A stretch of 64,000 nucleotides of DNA from an uncultured Acidobacteriota bacterium (GCA_963778755.1 CAVZVJ010000004.1:18836-82835), one strand, 5' to 3'; counted from the first letter of the stretch, positions 31,408-45,147 are shown. The notes: a model not told the origin generated them from the letters alone. A program made the numbers and translations.

Positions 31408-31791
31408 ATGGCTGAAGAGATAGTCAACGTGCGATACATGGTTGATGACGTCGACACCGCGGTCGCCTTCTATACGAATCACTTCGGCTTCGCTCTCAAA
31501 TCCAACATGGCTCCGGCGTTCGCCGACGTGGTACTGGGCAATCTTCGCCTGCTGCTCAGCGGGCCAACCAGCTCCGCCGGGCGCCCCATGCCCGACGGCC
31601 GCGTTCCAAGCTCCGGCGGGTGGAACCGCATCCACTTCATCGTGGATGACATCCAGGCTGATGTCGAGCGCTTGCAAGCCGCCGGGGTGCGCTTCAGGAG
31701 CGACGTCATCACGGGGCCAGGCGGGAAGCAGATCCTGCTCGAGGATCCCGCCGGAAACCCGATCGAGCTGTTTCAGCCTGCTGGCAGATAG
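31408..31791 (+). CDS. VOC / glyoxalase-bleomycin resistance family protein
   Basis: Reads VNVRYMVDDVDTAVAFYTNHFGF...IHFIVDDIQADVERL...LLEDPAGNPIELFQP. Confidence 0.85.
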   Translation: MAEEIVNVRYMVDDVDTAVAFYTNHFGFALKSNMAPAFADVVLGNLRLLLSGPTSSAGRPMPDGRVPSSGGWNRIHFIVDDIQADVERLQAAGVRFRSDVITGPGGKQILLEDPAGNPIELFQPAGR

Positions 31792-31819
31792 CCGGCCCAC
31801 GTTCTCTCGAGCAGTCGGG

Positions 31820-34502
31820 TCAGACGCGGGCGCGGTCCCGTCTCTTGCCGCTGGTCACCGCCACCGCCTGGAGTCGGCTGCTCACGTTGAGCTTGGCCAG
31901 GATCGCCGACACGTGGTGTCCGGCCGTCTTCTCCGAAATGAACAGGCTCTCTGCGATGGCTGCATTGGACAGCCCCGCCTGCATCAGTGACAGCACCTCG
32001 GCCTGACGAGCTGTGAGCCCGGCCGGGTTGGCACGGGTGGATTTGCGCTCTCCGCGGGGCACGCTCTTGACGCCGCGGCGCTGCAGTTCGTGTCGAAGGC
32101 CACGAGCGACACCGTCAGCGCCCAGTTCGGAAAGCGAGGAAAAAATCTGATCTAGGTCGGCGCCGGGGGCCAAGGCCCGGCAGATCGTGGCCTCGGTGGT
32201 GTAGCCGGCGCGATCCCAGGCATCTGCGGCCTCTAAGAGCTTGCCGGTCTGTTCCAGGCCTGCCGCGCCCGGCAAGTCCCCTGCGGGTGGGTCGATGCCG
32301 GTGCGCATTGCCCAGAACCCCACCATGGCGCGTCCCCAGTCGTCATCTGTCCAACCCGGCAGCTTCTGGGCGTCCTCAAGGAGGGGCTTCGCCTCTGACA
32401 GCTCCATGACTCCGGTCCAAGCCGCCTGCAGTGCGAGGATCGCAGAGACCCGGACGATGTCGAGGTCGGTGGTGCCCCGGGCCCGGTCGAGGGCGCTCTC
32501 CACTTTCAATTCCGCCCCCGGGGCGCCGCGTCGAACCTCGAGGCTCGCCGCAATCATCAGGGAACCGACCTCGGTCTGGCGGCATGTGGTCTGGCCTAAC
32601 ACCATCGCCAGTTCCCGGTCCGCGTCCTCCCAGCGACTGCTTGCCACGTCGATCTCGGCCAGATTGGCGATCGCCGTGATGTACCAGGCGTCGAGCTCAC
32701 GGGCGGTCGTGAACTCCACCAGCTTTTCGTTGAGCTCCCGGGCTCCGGGCAGATCAAAGAACCAGATGTGACTGAGTGCCGTGTTATTGATCGACCTTGC
32801 AGTCTCCTCGTCGACGCCGTGGTTCAGACCGAGAGTGGTGGCCGCTTCGATCACTGCTCGGCCCCTGATGTCACCGAGCAAGCTCAGGGAGGTGCCGACT
32901 GTGGTGGCGGCATGGACCTCCACTCTCGCCGAGCCAGCGGCCTGGGCTTGAGCGATCGCCCGATGCCCTTCTTCGATCGCTTCTGCGTGGCGGCCTTCGA
33001 CCATGGCTACCCATGCCCGAGAGGCCAGGGCCAGAGCGAACTCTTCGGAAGGCGGCTCATCCTCGAGGACTTCGATGGCGAGCCCTGCGACCTGCTGGGT
33101 GGCCTCGAGGTCGTTGTCCCGTGACATGTAGTAGGAGAGCCACGCCCGGGCCCCTGCTATCTCAATCCTGTTTTCGGCCATCTCCACCAGCTCAGCGGCG
33201 TATCCGCAAGCTTCGACCGCGGCGTTTATCAGACAATGCTCGTGGGCGGCCGCGAGAAGGGTCTCACGCAGCTGGCTGACGGTCATCCGTCCCCGGAAGA
33301 GGAGGGCGTTGGAGTAGTGGTACGCCGCCTGACGGTGAGCGCCTCCACGGGCCGAGCTCTCGGCCGCCTGTCAGCGAGTAGCTGACCGACTTCACATCGT
33401 CCTGGGCACCGAGACTGTGATAGGCGAGACGGGAGAGATCGGGGCGCACGTCAACATGCTCTTCCAGCTGCTCCAGCAGCCGGCGATGGAGGTCGCGCCT
33501 CAGCGCCGGTGGCACCGCCGCTTCCAGGCTGTGCCGGATCAGATCGTGTCGACACGTGACGAGACTGTCCGAGGAGACCAGGAGCCTCCGCTGCACCGCC
33601 AGGTCGACATAACTGCCGGCCGCGGGGTCCAACGCCAGCAGGGTATCCAGCGACACCCCGTCCGGAGACAATGCCACCGAATAGAGGGTCTCCAAGGCCT
33701 TGGAGGAGAAGTTGGCGGCGCGGGCCAGGACGGCATTGCTGATATTTGACGGGAGCTTCGAGTCGGGGTGGCGGATCACCTCTTCGACCAGGAAGGGATT
33801 TCCCAGCGTCGCCGCGTGAATCCGCGTCGGGTCGATATCGAGCCCCCGGGTCATTGCCTCCACGCCGGACGGGGTCAAGGCGGGCAGCTCGATCCTGGTG
33901 GCGGTTGGCCCCAGGTCGGCGACCACCAGGTGCATCGGGTGGGCGAGGTCAAGGTCCTCGGGTCGGTACGTGCAGATGAGCAGGCTCTTGGTGGGTGCGA
34001 TCCTCCGTCCCAGGTAGCGCAAGAGGCCCAGCGTGGCTTCGTCCGCCCAGTGGACATCCTCGACGACGAGCACGATTCGGTCCCCCTTGAGCAGGTCCAG
34101 CATCCCGGCGTACACCGCCGTCCGCCCCGAGCCCGTTCGTATGTCGTCGCAGAGCTCTCCTGGCAGATCGTCGAGCAGATCGAAGAGGGGGGAGAAAGCC
34201 GTTGGGATTCCCACCGGCTCGCAGGCCGCCTCCAGGATCCGGTGACGATGGTCGAGGCCGCCGAGGAACGCCTGCAGCAGGGAGGTCTTGCCGAATCCGG
34301 CCTCGCCCGAGAGCAGGACGGCTCTGCCCACGTCAGCATCGGCCAGGTCGAAGAGGCTGGCCAGCTGCTCCTCCCGTTCCACCAGCGAAACCGGCTCGAT
34401 CACAGGGATCGAGGGTACACCGACGGGTCGGAGCATCCCTGACCGCCCGCGCCCTGGGGTGGTCAGCCGGACTTGTGCTCCCTCCGAGGCAAAAGTGACC
34501 AT
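31820..34502 (-). pseudogene. LuxR-family transcriptional regulator with an N-terminal AAA/P-loop ATPase and TPR-like middle region, with the frame broken once (+1)
   Basis: Has Walker A (GEAGFGKTS), VVEDVHWADEATL and a C-terminal LuxR HTH (LTARQAEVLSLMQAGLSNAAIAESLFISEKTAGHHVSAILAKL). The frame switches near 33361-33372: ...YSLT then AAESSARGGAHRQAAYHYSNALLFRGRMTVSQL. ATG 34502 follows GAGGGAG. Confidence 0.8.
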
Positions 34503-34518
34503 TTGGTGCTCCCTCGAC

Positions 34519-34770
34519 TCAGCTGTGTTCGCTGACGGGGTAGATCTCGTCGGCGACCAGGCCGTGGGCCTCCCGGTGAACCGTGTTGGCCCTCTCGGCG
34601 TTCTCCGCCTCGACCAGGCAAAAGATCTTGCCGTTCGCTTCATCTACCCAGTACCGCTTGTACTCCACCCCGTAAGCAGCCTGGGTCTCCAGGTCCCTGG
34701 CGTGGGCCTGGGCCACGTCGGCCTCCGATACCCCGCCCTCGATGTTGTGCACGTCCATGAACAGTGGCAT
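34519..34770 (-). CDS. DUF4242 family protein
   Basis: MPLFMDVHNIEGGVSEADVAQAHARDLETQAAYGVEYKRYWVDEANGKIFCLVEA is typical of this family. It ends 16 nt before the LuxR-type gene starts. Confidence 0.8.
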   Translation of the reverse strand: MPLFMDVHNIEGGVSEADVAQAHARDLETQAAYGVEYKRYWVDEANGKIFCLVEAENAERANTVHREAHGLVADEIYPVSEHS

Positions 34771-35015
34771 GAGGTTCCTCCTTGTTCGCCTCTATGACCA
34801 ACGTATGAGACGAAACGGAGGGCCGCATGGGGAGAACTCCCTATCTTTCAGCGGCCGCCCCGAGGACCCGAGTTGTGTCCCAGCCCCTTAACGCGGGGGC
34901 CACTGGAGCCCAAGATGGGCATCGCTCCCGATGTGCCCTGTCCGCTTCCGCCATACGTTCGCCATGTGTTTGACGGAATGGCGCTCACCGAGCGCCGCGA
35001 ACTAGGAGGCAGGAA

Positions 35016-35411
35016 ATGACACTTGCGATTCAGCGACAGCCCCGATTCAACAAGGTGCTTCTCGTCGTCGGCTTGATCGGGCTCACGGCAGCGCTCGCCG
35101 TTGCCATGGACCGGGTGGTCGAGCCCACGCATGCCGGAAGTCCGGCCGTGGTGCAGACCCACAACCCCGTCGGGCTAGGGGATCGTTTCGAGGCGATCCA
35201 GGACGACTACCTGGTCCCGCAGTCGATCATCAGTCGGCAGGCCGCAATGCAGGCCGAACTGCGTCTGCAGGATGGGTATCTCCCGCCGTCAGCGGTGGTC
35301 GATTCCGCCAGGGCAGCGTTCCTCTCGGTTCAGGACGGGTATCTCCCGCCGGCCGGTTGGGTTCCGACGGCGCCGGACTCGATTGACCTGGGAGCCACCG
35401 GGCCCCAATAA
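35016..35411 (+). CDS. membrane-anchored small protein with duplicated QDGYLPP motif
   Basis: ATG follows AGGAGG. The TM is VLLVVGLIGLTAALAVA. QDGYLPP occurs twice, each time encoded by nearly the same 21-nt sequence. Confidence 0.55.
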   Translation: MTLAIQRQPRFNKVLLVVGLIGLTAALAVAMDRVVEPTHAGSPAVVQTHNPVGLGDRFEAIQDDYLVPQSIISRQAAMQAELRLQDGYLPPSAVVDSARAAFLSVQDGYLPPAGWVPTAPDSIDLGATGPQ

Positions 35412-35430
35412 CTGAACCTGAGCAGTCGAA

Positions 35431-35456
35431 AACCCCCGGATCAAGATCCGGGGGTT
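35431..35456. terminator. bidirectional intrinsic terminator
   Basis: aacccccggatc (35431-35442) pairs with gatccgggggtt (35445-35456). On the minus strand it is followed by TTTTCG. It sits between convergent stops at 35411 and 35493. Confidence 0.75.
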
Positions 35457-35492
35457 ATTCGTGTGTGAACACGAGTCGCGGGCCTGGCCCAC

Positions 35493-35852
35493 TCAGTCGA
35501 TCGGGTCGAGGCGAAGAGTGGTGTCGAGCACTTCATCCCGGACCATGGCGTCCAGGCTCCGGCCCGGCCGGTACTTGGCGACAAACCCATTTGAAGCTCG
35601 CTCGATGGATCCGGCGTCATTGGCCGGGACCGCCCGGAACCTGTGCAACTCGCCGTTCACGATCAGGCTCACCTCAGGATCGGCCACTGCTCGCCGATAC
35701 CAGTGCCCTTTCTCGCCAAGGACCGACCGGACGAAAACCTCTCCTCCTTCGACCACGACCCAAATGATGGTTCGCTTTGGTCCTCGCTCGCCATCGGTCT
35801 CGATCAGCACCTCGTCGGTGACGGCTATCTCTTGGATTTGTTCGTTGGTCAT
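35493..35852 (-). CDS. DUF2255 family protein
   Basis: Reads RTIIWVVVEGGEVFVRSVLGEKGHWYRRAV...FVAKYRPG. Its ATG directly abuts the vapC stop codon. Confidence 0.65.
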   Translation of the reverse strand: MTNEQIQEIAVTDEVLIETDGERGPKRTIIWVVVEGGEVFVRSVLGEKGHWYRRAVADPEVSLIVNGELHRFRAVPANDAGSIERASNGFVAKYRPGRSLDAMVRDEVLDTTLRLDPID

Positions 35853-36257
35853 TCACATGCCTCGGTAGTGGTGGACGGTCACGCCGGGTAGATCTGCGAA
35901 TGCTGATTCATCGGCGGTGAGCAGTGTGCGGCTCGTGGCGCGGGCCGTTGCCGCGATCAATAGGTCATGGGCGCCGCGGGGTCGCCCGGTCTGCCTTACT
36001 GCGACCAGGAGCTGAGCGTGTTCGAACGCGATATCCCGGTCGTAGGGAATGACTGGAATCGAGGCGAGGATTTCGTCCACATAGGCCTGCCGGTGGGCTT
36101 TGGCATCCTGGGAGGCGAGTTCGACTCCTACGACCAATTCGGCCACTGTGATCGCAGCGATTGCGACGTCGTCGTCTTCGTGGATCAGGTCATCGACATC
36201 GACGGCTGCTCGCTCGGCGTCGATCAGGAAAGTGGTATCGAGAAGGATCACACTCAC
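35853..36257 (-). CDS. vapC: type II toxin VapC (PIN-domain ribonuclease)
   Basis: Reads ILLDTTFLIDAER...ITVAELVVG...AHDLLIAATA...LLTADE. It overlaps the antitoxin stop by 4 nt. Confidence 0.85.
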   Translation of the reverse strand: MSVILLDTTFLIDAERAAVDVDDLIHEDDDVAIAAITVAELVVGVELASQDAKAHRQAYVDEILASIPVIPYDRDIAFEHAQLLVAVRQTGRPRGAHDLLIAATARATSRTLLTADESAFADLPGVTVHHYRGM

Positions 36258-36496
36258 GATCTGTTGTCGATCTCAACCAACTCGCGGACACGTGAGAGTT
36301 CCTCCGTCCAGGCCGAATCTGGTCTGTGACGCTTCAGGATTTCCTTTACCTCGGAACCACGGCCCTTGGTGATCGGCTTGAGATGTGCCACGGCCTTGCC
36401 ACGTCGAACGATCGTGTAGTGCTGGTTGCCGTGCTCGACGCTGTCCAGCACATCAGAGAAGCGTCTCGCGGCTTCAGTCGCTGAGATATCCGGCAT
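36254..36496 (-). CDS. type II antitoxin, Phd/YefM family
   Basis: Reads ISATEAARRFSDVLDSVEHGNQHYTIVRRGKAVAHLKP. Confidence 0.85.
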   Translation of the reverse strand: MPDISATEAARRFSDVLDSVEHGNQHYTIVRRGKAVAHLKPITKGRGSEVKEILKRHRPDSAWTEELSRVRELVEIDNRS

Positions 36497-36499
36497 TAG

Positions 36500-36515
36500 A
36501 TCAGATTATCAGATT
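36500..36515 (-). promoter_or_regulatory. tandem 8-mer (atcagatt x2) abutting the antitoxin start; candidate operator or leaderless start region
   Basis: atcagattatcagatt was read directly 4 nt upstream of the ATG (36496, minus strand). It is AT-rich in a GC-rich genome, and no SD sequence is visible. Confidence 0.3.
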
Positions 36516-36709
36516 TAGAGACCTCTGGGTAGCTCGGCCTTGGCTCCCGCAATGGAGGAGTACCGGTCATCGTCCTGTTGCCGCCGTGACAGGACGGGCA
36601 CACAGTCGCGATCGGGATATGCGAGTTTCTGCTGGATTCGCAGTATTGAACACCTGCTACTTTCGGTGGCCGAAGTCCGCTCAAACGAGCGACCCAAAGG
36701 AGATGTGAG

Positions 36710-37546
36710 ATGAGAAGAGCCCGTCGCATCATGTTGATGCTGGTCGTGTTTGCTATGACGGTGATGACCGTCGCGCCTGCATCAGCGGTCACGAATGGAG
36801 AACTCGACGGCAACGGCCATCCGCAAGTGGTGCTGGTACTGATGGAAGTGAACGGCGCACCTGCCTTCAGATGCACTGGAACATTGATCGCTCCTACCTT
36901 TGTCGTAACAGCCGGCCACTGCGCCGGAGCACCTGGCGAATTCTCGGGGATGCGGGTATTCACGGAGTCGAATGTCGACCAGGGACGCCTCAACGGAACC
37001 AACAACTATCCGTTCGGGGGAGGTCCCAATAGTGTCGAAGCCATTCGTTGGGCGTCACATCCCCTCTACCCGACAGCGCCGTTCTACGTCCACGATGTGG
37101 GGATGATCGAACTGGCTCAGCCAATCAATGCACCCTATGCAAGCCTTCCCGCCGTCGATTCTCTCGACGTGTTGGCCAACCAGCGCGGACAGCAGGATGT
37201 GACCTTCACCTCGGTGGGCTACGGGTTGCAAGCAGCACAGCTGAACAACCCAACCCCGCAGGCTCACACCGTGGGTGTCAGGGTTCGCATGGTGTCCCAC
37301 CCCAAACTGGACCAGATCAATGTTCCCGGCCAAATCGGGGACTTCGCACTCTTGCTGTCGAACAACACCAAGACCGGCGGTACCTGTTTTGGGGATTCGG
37401 GTGGACCCAACTTCCTGAACAACTCCAACACCATCGCTGCGGTGACCTCCTTCGGCAAGAACAACAACTGCGCCGGAACCGGAGGTGTATTCCGGCTGGA
37501 CCGACAGAACGTTCAAGACTTCATCAACGACTTCATGGGCCTTTGA
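36710..37546 (+). CDS. secreted trypsin-like serine protease (S1 family)
   Basis: Has a signal peptide (MLMLVVFAMTVMTVAPASA) and the motifs TAGHC, DVGMIEL and CFGDSGGP. Confidence 0.85.
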   Translation: MRRARRIMLMLVVFAMTVMTVAPASAVTNGELDGNGHPQVVLVLMEVNGAPAFRCTGTLIAPTFVVTAGHCAGAPGEFSGMRVFTESNVDQGRLNGTNNYPFGGGPNSVEAIRWASHPLYPTAPFYVHDVGMIELAQPINAPYASLPAVDSLDVLANQRGQQDVTFTSVGYGLQAAQLNNPTPQAHTVGVRVRMVSHPKLDQINVPGQIGDFALLLSNNTKTGGTCFGDSGGPNFLNNSNTIAAVTSFGKNNNCAGTGGVFRLDRQNVQDFINDFMGL

Positions 37547-37565
37547 AATAGGCAGTTCTTAGAGC

Positions 37566-37601
37566 AAAGAAGGGGAGGGCCTTCTGGCCCTCCCCTTCTT
37601 T
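37566..37601. terminator. strong bidirectional intrinsic terminator
   Basis: There is a perfect 16-bp stem, aaagaaggggagggcc with ggccctccccttcttt, around a 4-nt loop, with A/T tracts on both flanks. It lies between the protease stop (37546) and the sheath stop (37649). Confidence 0.85.
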
Positions 37602-37648
37602 GTTGAGCTGTCCTCGTTACCGGGACCGAGGCGCCCCTCTCGGCCGGG

Positions 37649-39130
37649 TCAGTCGTCGTCTCCGTCTCGCCACTGCCCGATGCGGAAGATCACGAACTCG
37701 GCGGGGCGGATCGGGGCGATGCCGATCAGGACGATCAGCCGCCCATCGTCGATGTCGTTCTGGGTCATCGTGTCTGGCCCGCAGCGGACGAAGAAGGCAT
37801 CCTGAGATCGGTTGGCGGGGAAGGCACCCTGGGCGAACACGCCATAGAGGAAGTTGTCGATCTGGCCCCGCACACGGGCCCACAACGTCTCGTTGTTCGG
37901 TTCGAACACCGCCCACTCCAGCCCCCGGCGGATCGACTCCTCGAGGAACAGCGCCAGCCTCCGCACGTTGACGTACTTCCACTCGGCGTTTCCAGCCCCG
38001 GCTCTGGTTCGGGCTCCCCAAACCATGGTGCCTCGACCGGGCAGGGCTCGTATGCAGTTCACCCCCAGCGGGTTGAGCTCGTCGATGTCGGTCTTAGTGA
38101 GCGGAATCGATGGGATCGCCCCCGAGAGGGAGGCACTGCCGCCGGCCGGTGATCGCCACACCCCCTGATTCAGGTCGAGTCGGGCCAGCATCCCGGCCAC
38201 TGCCCCGGAGGGGGCGAACTCCCGAACTCTTCCCCCTCGCATCGGGTCGGCACGGCTCACTCGAGGGAAGTAGAGGGCGGCGTCCTTGCCCTCGACGAAG
38301 CCGGCTGCGCCGAACCTGGCATCGGTCACGGTGTGCCAGGTGGAGGGCGGATCAAGGATCACCATCGCCCTCCGCTCCCCTGCGTACCCGATTGCAGCGG
38401 TGACCACCCCGAGAGGCACGCCGGCGGTGGTCGAGTAGGGACAGAGGACGATCAGGTTCACCAGCTCGGATCGGTCCAGGGCATAGATCCCCCGACCCGA
38501 CTCCCGCATCCCGGGCCCGGTGTATGCGGAGACTCCGAATCGGCCATCACGGCCTCCGGTGGCGGTGACGGTGACCGGGAGCCGCGGCGGCAGGCTGGTG
38601 GGGAGGGGCAGCCTTGCCCGTATCAGCGCCGACTCTTCGAGCGCCCTGTCGACACGGCGCGGGCTCCGCGGCGCCAGGGACAACCCGGCGAAGCTCTCGA
38701 TCAGCCCGGTGCCCCGGTCGGTCACTGTGAGGTCGAACCGGTTGCGGGGAAGCGGAGCAATCGTTCCTTCCAACTTCGAGCCCCACGTTCCGGGGCTGGT
38801 CGCCTCCAGGACCAGTCGAGAGTTGCCACGCCCGAAGTTGAGGGTGGCCAGGTGGTCGGGCGCAGGCAGATGGGCTCGAACTACGACCGCTCGTCGTCCG
38901 CCCTGCTCGAAGAAGTCCCGGATCGAGTGGCCCAGGTCGCTCTTCAGCCAGAGCCCCCCGAAGAGACGCTCGAACTCGGGAAACGAAGTGATCAGAGTCG
39001 GGGTATCGACCGGGCCTCGCTGGGCACGGCCCACGAAGGCGGTAGTCCCTGTGTCCACGCCGACGATCGCCTTTGGAGGCGGCGTCACCTCTTCGATGTA
39101 GACCCCGGGTGTCGTGTAGCGGGCGGTCAT
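37649..39130 (-). CDS. contractile-tail sheath family protein (phage / eCIS-type), solitary
   Basis: The N-terminus reads MTARYTTPGVYIEEV...GVDTGTTAFVGRAQRGP...ITSFPEFERLFGG. The C-terminus reads MTQNDIDDGRLIVLIGIAPIRPAEFVIFRIGQ. Both are sheath hallmarks as I know them. Confidence 0.8.
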   Translation of the reverse strand: MTARYTTPGVYIEEVTPPPKAIVGVDTGTTAFVGRAQRGPVDTPTLITSFPEFERLFGGLWLKSDLGHSIRDFFEQGGRRAVVVRAHLPAPDHLATLNFGRGNSRLVLEATSPGTWGSKLEGTIAPLPRNRFDLTVTDRGTGLIESFAGLSLAPRSPRRVDRALEESALIRARLPLPTSLPPRLPVTVTATGGRDGRFGVSAYTGPGMRESGRGIYALDRSELVNLIVLCPYSTTAGVPLGVVTAAIGYAGERRAMVILDPPSTWHTVTDARFGAAGFVEGKDAALYFPRVSRADPMRGGRVREFAPSGAVAGMLARLDLNQGVWRSPAGGSASLSGAIPSIPLTKTDIDELNPLGVNCIRALPGRGTMVWGARTRAGAGNAEWKYVNVRRLALFLEESIRRGLEWAVFEPNNETLWARVRGQIDNFLYGVFAQGAFPANRSQDAFFVRCGPDTMTQNDIDDGRLIVLIGIAPIRPAEFVIFRIGQWRDGDDD

Positions 39131-39168
39131 CGTCGAGGACGCTATCGGTCTGTGCCAGGATGCGGGTC

Positions 39169-39996
39169 ATGACCATCCCCCTCGGAATCTTTGGCTTCTG
39201 GCGAATGGCGCGGAACACGACCCCGGACATGGCCCGGGAAGCGGAGACCCTCGGCTATGGAGCCATCTGGGTGGGCGGTTCCCCGAGCGGCGACCTGGTC
39301 GACGTGGAGGCCCTGCTCGAGGCGACGGAACGGATCCCGGTGGTCACCGGGATCGTCAACATGTGGCGGGAGCCGGCCGAATTGGTCGCCGCCTCCTATC
39401 ACCGGATCGCCGAGCGTCATCCCGATCGATTCGTCTTGGGGGTGGGGATCGGGCACCGGGAGGCCACTGCTGAGTACCAGGCGCCGATGGCCAAGATCGA
39501 TGACTACCTGACCCGCCTCGATCGAGCCGAGGTGCCTCGGGACCGGATGATCCTCGCCGCCCTCGGACCTAAGGCGCTCCGGGTCGCCGCCGAGCGCACC
39601 GCGGGGCCGCACCCCTATCTGACGACCCCGGCTCACACTCGCTATGCCCGGGAGTTGATCGGCCCCCGGCCATTGCTCGCACCGGAACACAAGGTCACCA
39701 TCGACGCCGACCCGGAGCGGGCAAGGGCGACCGGGCGGAAGGTGGTCTCCTACTACCTGGACCGGGTCAACTACCGCAACAACCTGATCCGCAGCGGTTG
39801 GGCAGAGGACGACCTGACCGATGGTGGCAGTGACGCACTGGTCGACGCATTGGTGCTCCATGGCACACCGGAGCAGGTGGCGGTCGGGCTTCGGGCCCAC
39901 CTCGACGCCGGGGCCGACCACGTCGGAGTCCAGGTGCTGGGGGAGGATCCGATGCCATCGTTCCGTCGTCTGGCGGAAGTCTTGATGTCAAGCTAG
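39169..39996 (+). CDS. LLM-class (luciferase-like) F420-dependent oxidoreductase
   Basis: Reads MTIPLGIFGFW...AREAETLGYGAIWVGG...VVTGIVNMW...LGVGIGH...GADHVGVQVL. ATG 39169 was chosen because the upstream part of the listed ORF overlaps the sheath gene. Confidence 0.8.
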   Translation: MTIPLGIFGFWRMARNTTPDMAREAETLGYGAIWVGGSPSGDLVDVEALLEATERIPVVTGIVNMWREPAELVAASYHRIAERHPDRFVLGVGIGHREATAEYQAPMAKIDDYLTRLDRAEVPRDRMILAALGPKALRVAAERTAGPHPYLTTPAHTRYARELIGPRPLLAPEHKVTIDADPERARATGRKVVSYYLDRVNYRNNLIRSGWAEDDLTDGGSDALVDALVLHGTPEQVAVGLRAHLDAGADHVGVQVLGEDPMPSFRRLAEVLMSS

Positions 39997-40009
39997 ACGG
40001 TTGGCCGTC

Positions 40010-41016
40010 TCACCACTCCGGTGAGTAGGAGAGCAACGTCCGCATGTAGTTGGCCCGCTCATACTGGGACGGGTCGGCGACGGCAGCCTGGCTGAACGAT
40101 CCCTTGGCCTCCTCCAGTGACCGGTATCCGTGCTCCTCGAGCCAGACGGCGAGGCCCCCAACGGTTTCTCGGAGGCGATCCGGACCGTTGCGGAGCAGCG
40201 AGGACGCCATCATGGTGACGTCAGCCCCCGCCAGGACCAGCTTGGCAACTTCGGCGGGCCCATCGACACCGGTAGTCGCGGCCAGAGAGCTTTGGATCCG
40301 CCCGCGGAGAATCGCAATCCAACGAAGCACCAGGCGAAGCTCCGTCGGGGTTGACAAGACGAGGTTGGGAACCACGTCCATCCGCTCCAGATCGATGTCG
40401 GGCTGATAGAAGCGGTTGAAGAGAACCAGGCCATCGGCTCCGGCGTCGACCAACCGGGTCGCCATGTTGGCCATGGAGGAGAAGAAGGGGCCAACTTTCA
40501 CCGCGAGGGGCACATCGACGGTTCGTCGCACGAGTTCGACCAGGCTCAAGTACTGATGTTCGACCTCGCTTCCGGACAACGTCGGATCGGCCGCAATCAG
40601 ATAGATGTTGAGTTCGAGGGCATCGATCCCCTCGTCGGCCAGGATCTTGGCGTACAGCGTCCAGCCCCCGCTCGTTGTCCCATTGAGGCTGGCAATCACC
40701 GGAACCGCCAGCTCAGCCTTGGCGGTTCGGATCAGCTCTAGATACCGCTCCGGCCCGGTGTTGTAGTCGTCCAGTTCCGGGAGATAGCCGTCGGTCGCCT
40801 CCGCAAAGGAGTCCTTTGCCCATTCCAGACCCATGTGCACCGCCATCGCCTCATGCTCGACCTGCTCTTCGAACAGCGAGGGCAGAACCACGGCCGAAGC
40901 CCCCGCTTCGGCAAGAAGGTGAAGATGGTCGATGTCAGAGGTGATCGGCGACGCCGAGGGAACCACCGGATGAGCCAACGTCATACCCAGATATGTGGTG
41001 CGCAGGTCGACGGTCA

Positions 41017-41017
<1 letters not shown>
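40010..41017 (-). CDS. dihydroorotate dehydrogenase-like (TIM-barrel flavoprotein) protein
   Basis: Reads LRTTYLGMTLAHPVVPSASP...VIASLNG...LELNIY...FNRFYQPDIDL. Its ATG shares a base with the PFOR stop. Confidence 0.8.
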
Positions 41018-44589
<3,572 letters not shown>

Positions 44590-44634
44590 ATGTTCAAGGT
44601 ATGGAGAGATCCACCGCCACGCGAGTGCCGAATG

Positions 44635-45147
44635 TCACGGCAGCGGTGGTCTAAGCGCCCTACCGGTGATGCCAGTCGGGGACTTGCCGAGGCGTTTTTC
44701 GTACTGGATCAAAGTGATGTCTTCGAACTTTGTCTCGCCGACTCTGGCAAACCCCAGCCTCTCGTAGAAGTGCTGATTGCGAGTGGCATAGGTCGGTGTG
44801 GTCAGCGTCCAGACGGTGGCGGGGAAGGTCCGTTCGATGAACTCCATCGCCTGGGTGCCGATGCCCTTGTTGTGGTGGGCCGGATCGACGAAGAGGATGT
44901 CGAGATGGAAGTGCCCCGCACCTTGATCAATGACGTTGAGTCCTCCGACGATCTCGCCATCCAGACAGACCTTGTGGCTCCCGCCCCGGGCGATCGTGGC
45001 AAGCATCGCCTCGACCGAGTCATAGCCTGGAGGGCCGCCGATCGGGATCCCGGGATGGAGGCGAGCATCATCGTGGAAGGCCGCGATCTGGACCCTGACC
45101 AGGTCCTCGGCGTCGGCCGGAGTCGCCTGCTCGAAGTCGATATTCAT
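44635..45147 (-). CDS. GNAT family N-acetyltransferase
   Basis: Reads FVDPAHHNKGIGTQAMEFIE...NQHFYERLGF. Confidence 0.85.
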   Translation of the reverse strand: MNIDFEQATPADAEDLVRVQIAAFHDDARLHPGIPIGGPPGYDSVEAMLATIARGGSHKVCLDGEIVGGLNVIDQGAGHFHLDILFVDPAHHNKGIGTQAMEFIERTFPATVWTLTTPTYATRNQHFYERLGFARVGETKFEDITLIQYEKRLGKSPTGITGRALRPPLP

